A stretch of 41,242 bases of DNA, from the IMG/VR virus record IMGVR_UViG_3300045988_101483; one strand, written 5' to 3'. Positions 15,693-24,369 of this stretch are shown here, one piece after another. The first letter of the stretch is position 1; every line of letters begins with the position of its first letter. The notes below the pieces were generated by a model. The model worked only from the letters and a program-made list of their open reading frames with translations. It had not been told where the DNA came from and made no database searches. The translations under genes were made by a program, and so were the position numbers. The DNA is from a virus.

Positions 15693-16037
15693 ATGACAGA
15701 CAAGTCCCTTGCTGGTCTGGGAGTCACCTCGGAAGACATGCAGCAATACCTTAATCTTGATACCAATGGGGATGCTTCGGTGCTTGCCGATATGATCAGT
15801 ACCGCAGAAGAAGCAATAATTGGGGCCATCGATGACACGATTGACGTTGGTATATACAGGAAATATCCATTGTTTAACCAAGCTGTACGTGTATTGGTGG
15901 ACTTCATGTATTACTCACGAGGCACACTATCTGACCAAAGCAAGGCCTATCCACCCAGCTATGCTTACATGATCAACAGTATTCGCTGGAAGATTCAGCG
16001 CGATCAAGCAGCAAGGGCTGGTGGGACTGATGGCTAA
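15693..16037 (+). CDS. Head-tail connector protein (gp6-like).
   Basis: Size and position. GGGAGGG RBS. Confidence 0.65.
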   Translation: MTDKSLAGLGVTSEDMQQYLNLDTNGDASVLADMISTAEEAIIGAIDDTIDVGIYRKYPLFNQAVRVLVDFMYYSRGTLSDQSKAYPPSYAYMINSIRWKIQRDQAARAGGTDG

Positions 16038-16371
16038 ATTTAAAGTAGCCGATTTCAGCCGCAAGGTTGATCTCGGATCTCCAAAATCACACACGACTGG
16101 TGCTGGCCTTAATATCACTAGCTTTGTTCCGGCTTATAGTCTGCATTTCAAACAGCAAAATAGGACACTCACCCAGCAGTACACGCTTGTGGGCACACGT
16201 TTGGACAATTCAATCACTATTATAGTCCGTCACGACACTAGAAATGCTAGTCAGAAACAGGCACGCCTTGATGGTATTGTGTATGATATTTCAGACATTA
16301 GCCCGGACGACAGTAACGATGCTATTCGTTATGACTATCTGACCTTAGTAAAAACAACTAAGGGGGCATAA
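16030..16371 (+). CDS. Head closure / head-tail adaptor protein.
   Basis: Size and position in the head-tail joining cluster. The start is ATG at 16030 or GTG at 16021. Confidence 0.6.
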   Translation: MAKFKVADFSRKVDLGSPKSHTTGAGLNITSFVPAYSLHFKQQNRTLTQQYTLVGTRLDNSITIIVRHDTRNASQKQARLDGIVYDISDISPDDSNDAIRYDYLTLVKTTKGA

Positions 16372-16373
16372 CC

Positions 16374-16793
16374 GTGGACATGGATGAGGCACTTGGCCAA
16401 TGGCTTAAGCAAGTATCAAAGGCCGCACAGCTTTCTATATCTGACCAAGAGAAGATTACCAAGGCTGGTGCTGATGTTTACGCCAAGAAGCTAGCAGAGA
16501 CCACCAAAGAAAAACACCCAGACACAAAAGGTAGCGGTGGCAAGTATGGGCATCTGAGCAAGGACATTAGTGGTAAAAAAGGCGATATTGACGGTGATCA
16601 CAATGGTAGCTCAACGGTTGGATTTGGTGATAAGGCATTCGTTGCACGTTTCCTTAATGATGGTACAAAGAAAATTCACGGTGACCATTTTGTTGATAAT
16701 GCCCGTGACGATGCCAAAGATGCTGTATTTGCAGCCGAGCAAGAGGAATATGAAGCAATTATCGCCAAGTTGAATGGTGGTGGAGACAAATGA
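16374..16793 (+). CDS. HK97 gp10-like tail/neck component.
   Basis: Position, plus the pattern FVARFLNDGTKKIHGDHFV. Confidence 0.6.
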   Translation: MDMDEALGQWLKQVSKAAQLSISDQEKITKAGADVYAKKLAETTKEKHPDTKGSGGKYGHLSKDISGKKGDIDGDHNGSSTVGFGDKAFVARFLNDGTKKIHGDHFVDNARDDAKDAVFAAEQEEYEAIIAKLNGGGDK

Positions 16794-17161
16794 GCGCTGT
16801 AGATGATGCGGTAACGATGCTTACCCAAGCCAAAATTGCCAATATTGATGCAGTTAAAGGAAACAACTTGCCGCAAGAATTAGTCGATAATCTGAACACA
16901 ACAGTCGTGCTGATTACTGATGCTGCTGATGATCCTACTGCCCATGGTAACAATGATTTCTGGGCATTAAATCAGGAAGTGGAAGTACAGATTTGGTACT
17001 CACAATTGCTCGATTCTGATCCTGAGGCCATTGAGATCGCCATGATGAAGGCTTTTACTCATCAACATTGGCAGGTAGCGGCCGTCAGGCAACGAACATT
17101 TGACCCAGACATAAAGCAACTTTTTAACACATTTTATTTCAGTAGAACAAAGAATATTTAG
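16790..17161 (+). CDS. Tail completion / neck protein (hypothetical).
   Basis: ATGA-coupled ORF immediately before the major tail gene. Confidence 0.55.
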   Translation: MSAVDDAVTMLTQAKIANIDAVKGNNLPQELVDNLNTTVVLITDAADDPTAHGNNDFWALNQEVEVQIWYSQLLDSDPEAIEIAMMKAFTHQHWQVAAVRQRTFDPDIKQLFNTFYFSRTKNI

Positions 17162-17172
17162 GAGGCATTCAA

Positions 17173-17784
17173 ATGGCAACAGTAGGTTTATATCAAATCC
17201 AGCTAGCTTTGGTTGATGCACAACAAAAGTTAATTTCTGGCGCTGATACAGGACTAAGCACAGACGGTATCTATACTGTCGATCACAAGGACTTGGGCAC
17301 CAAGACGGCCAACATTACTGGTCTGGCAGGTACAATCGCTAAGATCTATGGCAACAACAACGTGCAAGACGTTACCGTTGGTACTTCAGAACCAACAGTG
17401 GCTTTGGATATTAACAACTTGGATTACAAAATCAAGCAGCAAATCAAGGGCTTTGTCAGTGATACCAAGGGCGGTTATACGGATGAGAATTTGAAGGCTC
17501 ATGTGGCCTTGCTTATTACCACTCAAACCATTGATCGGACGCATTTTGTCTATTATGGATTTGGCGATGGCATCATGACCGAAACCGCAGCTAACATTCA
17601 GACTGATGCGGCAGCAGAACAACGTGTAGATGACACTTTGACTTACACAGCGCTTTCTACTGTGGCCTTTAAGAATCAGCCATACAAGATTTACAGTGAC
17701 CTTGATTCTAAGTTTGATAAAGCCAACATGTACAAAGAAGTGTTTGGCGGATACGTATTGTCACCCTCATCATTAGGCAAATAA
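17173..17784 (+). CDS. Major tail protein.
   Basis: AGGAGG RBS. 203 aa at the canonical position before the G/GT chaperone genes. Confidence 0.8.
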   Translation: MATVGLYQIQLALVDAQQKLISGADTGLSTDGIYTVDHKDLGTKTANITGLAGTIAKIYGNNNVQDVTVGTSEPTVALDINNLDYKIKQQIKGFVSDTKGGYTDENLKAHVALLITTQTIDRTHFVYYGFGDGIMTETAANIQTDAAAEQRVDDTLTYTALSTVAFKNQPYKIYSDLDSKFDKANMYKEVFGGYVLSPSSLGK

Positions 17785-17838
17785 GCCGGTGCTGACAGAC
17801 GCAATCTGACACAATTTCATAGCAACAACTGATGAATG

Positions 17839-17862
17839 GCTCACGAACGTGCGCTATTTTTT
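17839..17862 (+). terminator. Weak intrinsic terminator / attenuator after the major tail gene.
   Basis: Hairpin GCTCAC-GAAC-GTGCGC (one mismatch) followed by TATTTTTTA. Confidence 0.4.
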
Positions 17863-17946
17863 ATGCTCGAAAGTCGCTTTCTGGTGAACTTGGTGGTGTC
17901 CGATTCACCACAGCGACCTTATCAAATACAAAGGATGGTATTACAA

Positions 17947-18297
17947 ATGAAAATTAAAGTTAGCCAACTTAGCAATCGTGTACATGAAGTTAAGACAACC
18001 AATCGTAACATGGAAAAGATGTACGACTTACAGTTACTGATGGCCAAGGCTGATGATATTGCCGATATGGAACCGGTAGAAATTATTAAGGTTCAACGCG
18101 ATATGTTGCATGACTCAATCGATTTCTTGACAACAGTTTTAAATCTGAACAAGCAAGAAACGGAAAAACTTGGGGACCTAGAATTTGCCGACACTATTCA
18201 GGCAGTTAATTACACTTTTGAACGCATGATGGGCATGAGTGATGAGGATATTGACTTAGCTGCCAAGAAGCAGGATGCCAGCAAAAGCAAAGATTAA
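17947..18297 (+). CDS. Tail assembly chaperone (gpG-like).
   Basis: Position between the major tail protein and the tape measure. The ATG at 17947 follows AAAGGATGG. The track N-terminus from 17836 looks non-coding. Confidence 0.7.
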   Translation: MKIKVSQLSNRVHEVKTTNRNMEKMYDLQLLMAKADDIADMEPVEIIKVQRDMLHDSIDFLTTVLNLNKQETEKLGDLEFADTIQAVNYTFERMMGMSDEDIDLAAKKQDASKSKD

Positions 18298-18505
18298 TCC
18301 AGCCGTAAAAGTTTATGAGCTTGAAAATCAGCTACAGGACTTTAGATGGATGAAAAAGCAAGCAGTCATGTATTTCCACTGGTCAATGCAGGATTTTGAT
18401 GATGCTGATTATTTTGAAATGTTGGAAATGATGTCCGCCAAGGATAAGAAAGACCGGCCAATTGATCCGGCAATCATGTGGAAGCAATACCAAGAGAAAG
18501 GGTGA
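18260..18505 (+). CDS. gpT-like extension, expressed by a translational frameshift from the chaperone gene. It lies in the +1 frame relative to G.
   Basis: The frame opens after the TAG at 18257-18259 and overlaps the 3' end of G. It ends at 18505, just before the tape measure start. Confidence 0.6.
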   Translation: MPRSRMPAKAKINPAVKVYELENQLQDFRWMKKQAVMYFHWSMQDFDDADYFEMLEMMSAKDKKDRPIDPAIMWKQYQEKG

Positions 18506-18510
18506 TTAAA

Positions 18511-21500
18511 GTGGCACAACAAATTAACGCAACAATGAGCACCAAGATTGCCCTTGATCTATTGTCGGCAAGCGAATCCGTCAAATCATTAACAGCGGTT
18601 GTTCGCTCGAGTCAAAATGCTTGGAAAGCTCAAGAGGCGGAGATGAAATCCGCTGGTGATGCAGTTGGCGCTGCTCAGGCTAAGTATGACGGCTTGGGTA
18701 AGTCCATTGAGTCACAACAGGCTAAGATTGACGCTCTCAAAACCAAGCAAGCTGAGTTGAAGGGCAATACTGCCGATGTTGCTCAACAGTTTTTAAAGTA
18801 TCAGCAACAAATTGATGGTGCAACTAAGCAACTGGCCAGTATGCAATCTCAGCAAGACCGTGCCAAGCAAGCAATGGACTATCAAAAGTCTGGGTTAGCA
18901 GGATTACAGCAAGAGTACACAGCAGCTGCACGTGCCAACCAAGCTTATGTGACTCGCTTAGAGGCTGAAGGCAATCAGCAAGAAGCGAACAAGGCCAAGA
19001 TGGAAGGCTATAAGTCATCCATTACCAATCTGAATGAGCAGCTGTCTAAACAGTCAGCTGAGTTGGATAAGATTGCCAGTGCTAGTGGCAAGGATTCAGA
19101 CGCATGGCGTACACAGAAGACGCGGGTTGATGAAACAGCTACCAGTTTAGCAAAAGCTAAGTCTTCTATGACTGGCCTGCAAACTGAAATGGATAAGGCT
19201 AACCCATCTGTTTTCAACAGAGTTAAGGAAGCTATATCGGGAACAAACAAGCAAGCCGAAAAGACACCGGGTTTGCTTCACAAAATTGTTGAGGGTGGCT
19301 TAATCACCAATGCCATTACGAGCGGCTGGCAACGTCTAAGCTCAAGCATTACTGGCACGGTAAAGTCTGGGCTAGAACTTAACGAGGCCGGAGAAAAGCT
19401 GAAAATGACATGGGAGAACATGGGTAAGTCAGCCAATGATATCCAGATTCTTTCCGACCAAATGTCGTATTTACGCAGTGAGACTGGTGCAACCGGTGGC
19501 GAAGTCAACAAAATGCAAACCACCGTTGATACCATGACGCATGGTGTCACAAGTAAAACTCTCGTCATTAGTGCTGGTATTGCTAGCATTGCCACTGCTT
19601 CGCACAAAGGCGGAGACGGCATGGACGCTTTGTCTAAGGCGATGACGCGAGTCGTTGCTTCAGGTGATTTAACCACAACCAACCTTGCCAAACTTGAAAA
19701 GCAGGCTCCTACCTTAGGTGCACAATTAGCCAAAGCTGCCGGAGTCAGTCAGGAGTCATTTGCAAAAATGGTTGCTGACGGGAAAATAAAGTCTGACGAC
19801 TTCATGAACTTGGTTTATAAAGTTGGGACAACAAGCAGAAGCACATTTGATCAATTTGGAAAAACTAGTGAAGGTGCCCTTGCGCAGCTGTCCGGTAGTT
19901 GGACATCAATCAAGGCTAAGATGGCAGCACCACTGCTTAATGTCAAGAATAGTGGCATGCAATCACTTGCTGGAATTTTGACATCATCTGTTGTTCAAAG
20001 CGCCGCTACTACACTAGGTAAAGGGCTGGCAACTATTGCTAATTGGGCCAAGAAAGTTCTTGACTATGTTTCCGCACACAAAAAAGATGTTACCGATATT
20101 GGTAGTAGCTTGTTGAGCATTGCAAAAACTTTTGGATTAGCTGTCTGGAAAACAATTGCATCTACCATAACTGGACTGGCTAAAGGATTTAATTCTTTAA
20201 CTGGAAACTCACAAAAATCTGCAAGCCCACTGCATCAGGTAGCAACAGCCCTAAGCAACATTGCCAAGAACAAGAGTGGCATTCAGACACTTGCCAAAAC
20301 GTTGTTGGGATTATGGGTAACGACAAAAATTGTTAAATTTACAGCTGCAGTTGCTGGTGCTTTAAAAGGCTTAACAGCTCTGAAATCAATCAAAGATTTT
20401 GGTGCATTGTCCAAACTTTCTGGGGCTGGTGGACTTGGTGGAGCCACAAAAGTATTAGGCTCGCTGAAGCTTTTGTTAACTGGCCCCGGTGGCATTGTTC
20501 TTGCTGTTGCGGCTGCAGGGTTGGCATTCTATGAAGCCTATAAACACATAAAGCCATTTCATGATGCAGTAAACAATGTGGCAAAGACTATTGGTAAAGC
20601 TCTAAAACCAGCATTGAAGGCTGTTGTTACTGGTGCGCAATCAATGTGGAAAAGTATTCAACCAATTCTCAATCAGATTGGCAAGCTTTTTAAAACAACT
20701 TGGGACTTAGTTGTTAAGGTCATTCAAGTGGCATGGAAAGCGATTAAGCCAATTGTTGACTTGCTTGTTGGCTTAATGAAAGGCAGCTTTGAGCTAATAG
20801 CCAAAGTTATTGTTGGCCTGTGGAAGGGCACATGGGGCATCGTTGGGGCGGTACTAAAAGCTGCATGGTCGCTGATAAAAGATGTGCTAGGAACTGGGAT
20901 CAAAGTTGTTACAGATGTGTTGAAAGTCGGGCTGGATTTGCTTTCGGGTAACTGGGGGAAAGCGTGGTCTGATATAAAACACACTCTGGGTGATGTCTGG
21001 AATGGCATGAAAAAGATTGTTGGCGATGTATTCGGCGGTATTCATGGTGTTATCAAATCAGTTTTGGGTGCGATTGGCGATGTTTGGAATAGCGCTTGGT
21101 CAGGAATGAAGTCTTTCTTCGGCGGCATATGGGATGGCATTAAACATGCTGCATCAGATGGCATGAATGCTGTTATCAACGTTATTAACGGCGCTATCGG
21201 CGGCATCAACTGGGTTTGGAAAAAGTTCACTGGCAAAGACGCCCTGAGAAAACTATCACCTGTTCATTTTGCCACTGGTGGTACTGTCACCCAAAAGATG
21301 CATCTTGTCATGGTCAATGATGGTACTGGACCTGATTGGAAAGAACTTTACCAGCTACCAAATGGGCAAATCGGTATGAGTCAACAGCGTAATGCCACAG
21401 GACTATTACCAGAAGGCACTCGTGTCTTCAATGGGAAAGAAACTAAAGCCATCATGAATATGGCTGGCGTTGAGCACTATGACTTAGGTGGTGTAATTGG

Positions 21501-22428
21501 CGGTGTTGGCAAATTCTTTTCTGGTGCTTGGGACAAGTTGGAGGCCGTTGGTGATTGGCTTGCTAACCCAGTCGGGAAAGTAACCGATTTAATCAAGTCA
21601 AGTATTAGCGGCATTTCCGGCGGTGTTGAAATGTTTAGCAACTTAGCCGGTGGTGTTATTAGCAAATTGACAGGCAGTGTTGTTGATTGGTTTAAAAAAC
21701 AACTGACAAAGTTGCAAGACACACTAGGTGCTAATCCCGGTGGGGCAGGCGTGCAACGTTGGAAGCCATATGTTATTCAAGCTTTAAAGGCCAATGGATT
21801 TGATGCCTCGGCATACCAAGTTGCTGCATGGATGCGAGTTATCCAGCGTGAATCAAATGGTAATCCTAGGGCCATTAACTTGTGGGATAGCAACGCCAAA
21901 AAAGGCATTCCGTCGATGGGACTTGTACAAACCATTGGGCCAACGTTCAATGCGTTTAAGTTTCCCGGCCACAACGATGTTTATAACGGCTATGATGATC
22001 TGCTTGCCGGTATTCACTACATGAAGTCCATCTACGGCTCTGGAAGTTCTGCCTTTGCTCGTGTCAGTGGCCCTGAAGGCTATGCCAATGGCGGCTTGAT
22101 TACACGGCCAATCCATGCGCTTGTTGGCGAAGATGGTCCAGAAACAATCTTGCCGTTAACTAAAACAAGCCGTGCTTGGCAACTATTGGGACAGGCTGTT
22201 ACCAACATCAATCACAACTTGGGTAATGGTGAGGTTGCTGAAAGCGAAAGCAGCGGTACAGATGATTTGGGAAAGAAGTTGGACAATATTGCTGATCTTC
22301 TCACGAAACTTAGCTTTGTTCTGCAAGTTGGTGACGACCAGTTTTATCCAAAAGTTGCACCAAAAGTTAAACAATTCAATGACAGAACAGACAGGTTCAA
22401 TGCTTATTGGAAAGGAGGAACCGTTTAA
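18511..22428 (+). CDS. Tape measure protein with a C-terminal lytic transglycosylase (SLT-like) domain.
   Basis: About 1300 aa. Coiled-coil N-terminus, a long W/F-periodic Gly/Lys-rich middle, and IQRESNGNPRAINLWDSNAKKGIPSMGLVQTIGPTF. The GVEHYDLGG and GYANGG stretches are noted, but no peptidase domain is called. Start is GVG-independent: GTG at 18511 after AAAGGGTG. Confidence 0.9.
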   Translation: MAQQINATMSTKIALDLLSASESVKSLTAVVRSSQNAWKAQEAEMKSAGDAVGAAQAKYDGLGKSIESQQAKIDALKTKQAELKGNTADVAQQFLKYQQQIDGATKQLASMQSQQDRAKQAMDYQKSGLAGLQQEYTAAARANQAYVTRLEAEGNQQEANKAKMEGYKSSITNLNEQLSKQSAELDKIASASGKDSDAWRTQKTRVDETATSLAKAKSSMTGLQTEMDKANPSVFNRVKEAISGTNKQAEKTPGLLHKIVEGGLITNAITSGWQRLSSSITGTVKSGLELNEAGEKLKMTWENMGKSANDIQILSDQMSYLRSETGATGGEVNKMQTTVDTMTHGVTSKTLVISAGIASIATASHKGGDGMDALSKAMTRVVASGDLTTTNLAKLEKQAPTLGAQLAKAAGVSQESFAKMVADGKIKSDDFMNLVYKVGTTSRSTFDQFGKTSEGALAQLSGSWTSIKAKMAAPLLNVKNSGMQSLAGILTSSVVQSAATTLGKGLATIANWAKKVLDYVSAHKKDVTDIGSSLLSIAKTFGLAVWKTIASTITGLAKGFNSLTGNSQKSASPLHQVATALSNIAKNKSGIQTLAKTLLGLWVTTKIVKFTAAVAGALKGLTALKSIKDFGALSKLSGAGGLGGATKVLGSLKLLLTGPGGIVLAVAAAGLAFYEAYKHIKPFHDAVNNVAKTIGKALKPALKAVVTGAQSMWKSIQPILNQIGKLFKTTWDLVVKVIQVAWKAIKPIVDLLVGLMKGSFELIAKVIVGLWKGTWGIVGAVLKAAWSLIKDVLGTGIKVVTDVLKVGLDLLSGNWGKAWSDIKHTLGDVWNGMKKIVGDVFGGIHGVIKSVLGAIGDVWNSAWSGMKSFFGGIWDGIKHAASDGMNAVINVINGAIGGINWVWKKFTGKDALRKLSPVHFATGGTVTQKMHLVMVNDGTGPDWKELYQLPNGQIGMSQQRNATGLLPEGTRVFNGKETKAIMNMAGVEHYDLGGVIGGVGKFFSGAWDKLEAVGDWLANPVGKVTDLIKSSISGISGGVEMFSNLAGGVISKLTGSVVDWFKKQLTKLQDTLGANPGGAGVQRWKPYVIQALKANGFDASAYQVAAWMRVIQRESNGNPRAINLWDSNAKKGIPSMGLVQTIGPTFNAFKFPGHNDVYNGYDDLLAGIHYMKSIYGSGSSAFARVSGPEGYANGGLITRPIHALVGEDGPETILPLTKTSRAWQLLGQAVTNINHNLGNGEVAESESSGTDDLGKKLDNIADLLTKLSFVLQVGDDQFYPKVAPKVKQFNDRTDRFNAYWKGGTV

Positions 22429-24369
22429 TTGAAACAAGCAGGCGTGAAAATCACATACGCTGGAATAGATATTACCCAATGGATGTATGTGCAGATGGTC
22501 AAACGTGATGTAGGAACTAATCACGTCAACACAATGCAAAAGGTCGGCATCAGCGATGGTCAGATGTTGAAATACATGTCACGGGACGTCAAGACGATTG
22601 TGGTAACTGGGATCGTTATGAATGACGATTTGGTACCATTGAGACGTTCCTTGGCCGCTGCTGTTGATGCGGACGAACCACAACAACTAATCTTTGGGGA
22701 TGAGCCGGATAAATATTATCTAGCCATCGTAGACAGTCAGCCCACCTTCACCGAAGGCTTTCGATCAGGAACAATTTCTATCAGCTTCATCTGTCCCGAT
22801 GGTGGCATCGCCCACTCGGTAGCCACGAAGACGTTTGACAACACGCCATACAAGGACGTGCCAGTTAATTTTGCCATAGCTTCACATGCCAGTGGATCCA
22901 ACACGACCTCAAAAGATGCATATCCCATTCATATGCAACTTTCAGAAAATTTGTCAGGGAAGACCATTACTACTGTGGCTAAAGTTATCGTCACCAATTA
23001 TCAGGGGAAGGTAGATTCCACTAATAGCCTGGGGCCATATATTGATGTTAAAGATGGTCTAAGTACAGGAGTGTGGTTGGGATTAATTAACCGGATTCTC
23101 ATTACCGGAAATGGCGTTTATACATCATCACCCAGAACAATGACCAAAAATTCGTTAACGGGAACGGCCAATCAGATTGATGTTGAAATGTACAATCTGA
23201 ATGCCACCATCGAAGTCTGGATTAAGGTTGAAATAGGCACCACAGCTTCTCCGTGGTCGCCTAACCCGGCTGATCCTGAATACTATGCCGACACCATCAC
23301 GGTACACAATGGTGGGACTTATCCTGTTGAGCCAGTTATTACGGCAACTATGCATGCTGATAACGGCTTTCTAGGATTTGCCAATAGTCAGGGCGGCGTG
23401 CTTCAATTTGGCAACCCTGAAGAAATTGATGGCTATACCAGCGAAGAAAGTGAAGTTGCCTTGAATTTGGCAGCCGTTCAAGGATCACACATGGATAATC
23501 AAGCGGCTTCGAACAATCTTTACTGGGGAGACAACCCAGCTACGCCAAATGAACAGATTGGCAATGCGATTTGGACACAGGACAGCTATGATGGCTGGAA
23601 GGTTGAGCCTAATTGGCCCAGCATTACTGGCGACCACAAGTATTGGAATGGGCCTTCAATCAAACACAACCTTGCTCAGACACATAACGGTAACTTTAAG
23701 AGCAATCTGACTTGGGACGTTATGACACGCTTCCAAACTGGTGTCTCAAAGGTCGGTTCACTCGAAACAACCTTAGAAAGTGACGGCAAGCCAATCTTTC
23801 AGATGATACTGAAAGACAATAGTGCACTGTCTGACCAAATATGGTGGATGTGTTACTACAAAAATCAGCTAGTCGTCAATGAACAGTTGGATCGCAATAT
23901 CTTCACTAACGACAAGTTCATTCAGCTGGAATTGCAGAAATTTGGTAATTCGGTTGTTTTTAGAGTGTCACCATGGGTTGGCAATCGAGGACGAGAGACG
24001 ACTATTACCCGTCAATTCACTTTTGCGGACGCTGCTAGTGTCGAGACTAAGCAATTTTCAGCGTGGTTTATGCGAGACAAGACATGGGGCGAATCGACTA
24101 TGTATCTGATTGCGTCTACCGTTAAATGGCAGAACGTAAGCTGGTATACAGATATTAAGAATCGCTTCAGCAATGGTGATGTAATTACGGTCGATGTGGC
24201 TAATACCAAAACTTATTTCAATGGCAACGAAGATCGTACCTTGCATACATTAGGCAACCAGTGGGACAAGTTTCTTTTGCCACCCGGAGATACCACCATT
24301 CAGCTCATGCCATCAAGCTGGGCACAACCATTTGCGTGTGAAGTTGGTTTGAAGGAGGCGTGGCTATAA
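22429..24369 (+). CDS. Distal tail protein (Dit), extended form with large insertions.
   Basis: Follows the tape measure directly. TTG start 10 nt after GGAGG. The N-terminal Dit-like region is followed by about 450 extra residues. Confidence 0.75.
   Translation: MKQAGVKITYAGIDITQWMYVQMVKRDVGTNHVNTMQKVGISDGQMLKYMSRDVKTIVVTGIVMNDDLVPLRRSLAAAVDADEPQQLIFGDEPDKYYLAIVDSQPTFTEGFRSGTISISFICPDGGIAHSVATKTFDNTPYKDVPVNFAIASHASGSNTTSKDAYPIHMQLSENLSGKTITTVAKVIVTNYQGKVDSTNSLGPYIDVKDGLSTGVWLGLINRILITGNGVYTSSPRTMTKNSLTGTANQIDVEMYNLNATIEVWIKVEIGTTASPWSPNPADPEYYADTITVHNGGTYPVEPVITATMHADNGFLGFANSQGGVLQFGNPEEIDGYTSEESEVALNLAAVQGSHMDNQAASNNLYWGDNPATPNEQIGNAIWTQDSYDGWKVEPNWPSITGDHKYWNGPSIKHNLAQTHNGNFKSNLTWDVMTRFQTGVSKVGSLETTLESDGKPIFQMILKDNSALSDQIWWMCYYKNQLVVNEQLDRNIFTNDKFIQLELQKFGNSVVFRVSPWVGNRGRETTITRQFTFADAASVETKQFSAWFMRDKTWGESTMYLIASTVKWQNVSWYTDIKNRFSNGDVITVDVANTKTYFNGNEDRTLHTLGNQWDKFLLPPGDTTIQLMPSSWAQPFACEVGLKEAWL

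Noticed and set aside
15291-15881. 196-aa minus-strand ORF antisense to the major capsid gene.
   Set aside because: It lies entirely opposite a confidently identified capsid gene. Its composition is Cys/Ile/Leu-rich and junk-like. It has no RBS and no operon context on the minus strand.
18824-22539. Many 60-150-aa minus-strand and alternative-frame ORFs inside the tape measure gene.
   Set aside because: The tape measure sequence is repetitive and Ala/Gly/Lys-rich, which depletes stop codons in other frames. None of these ORFs has an RBS or a recognisable motif.
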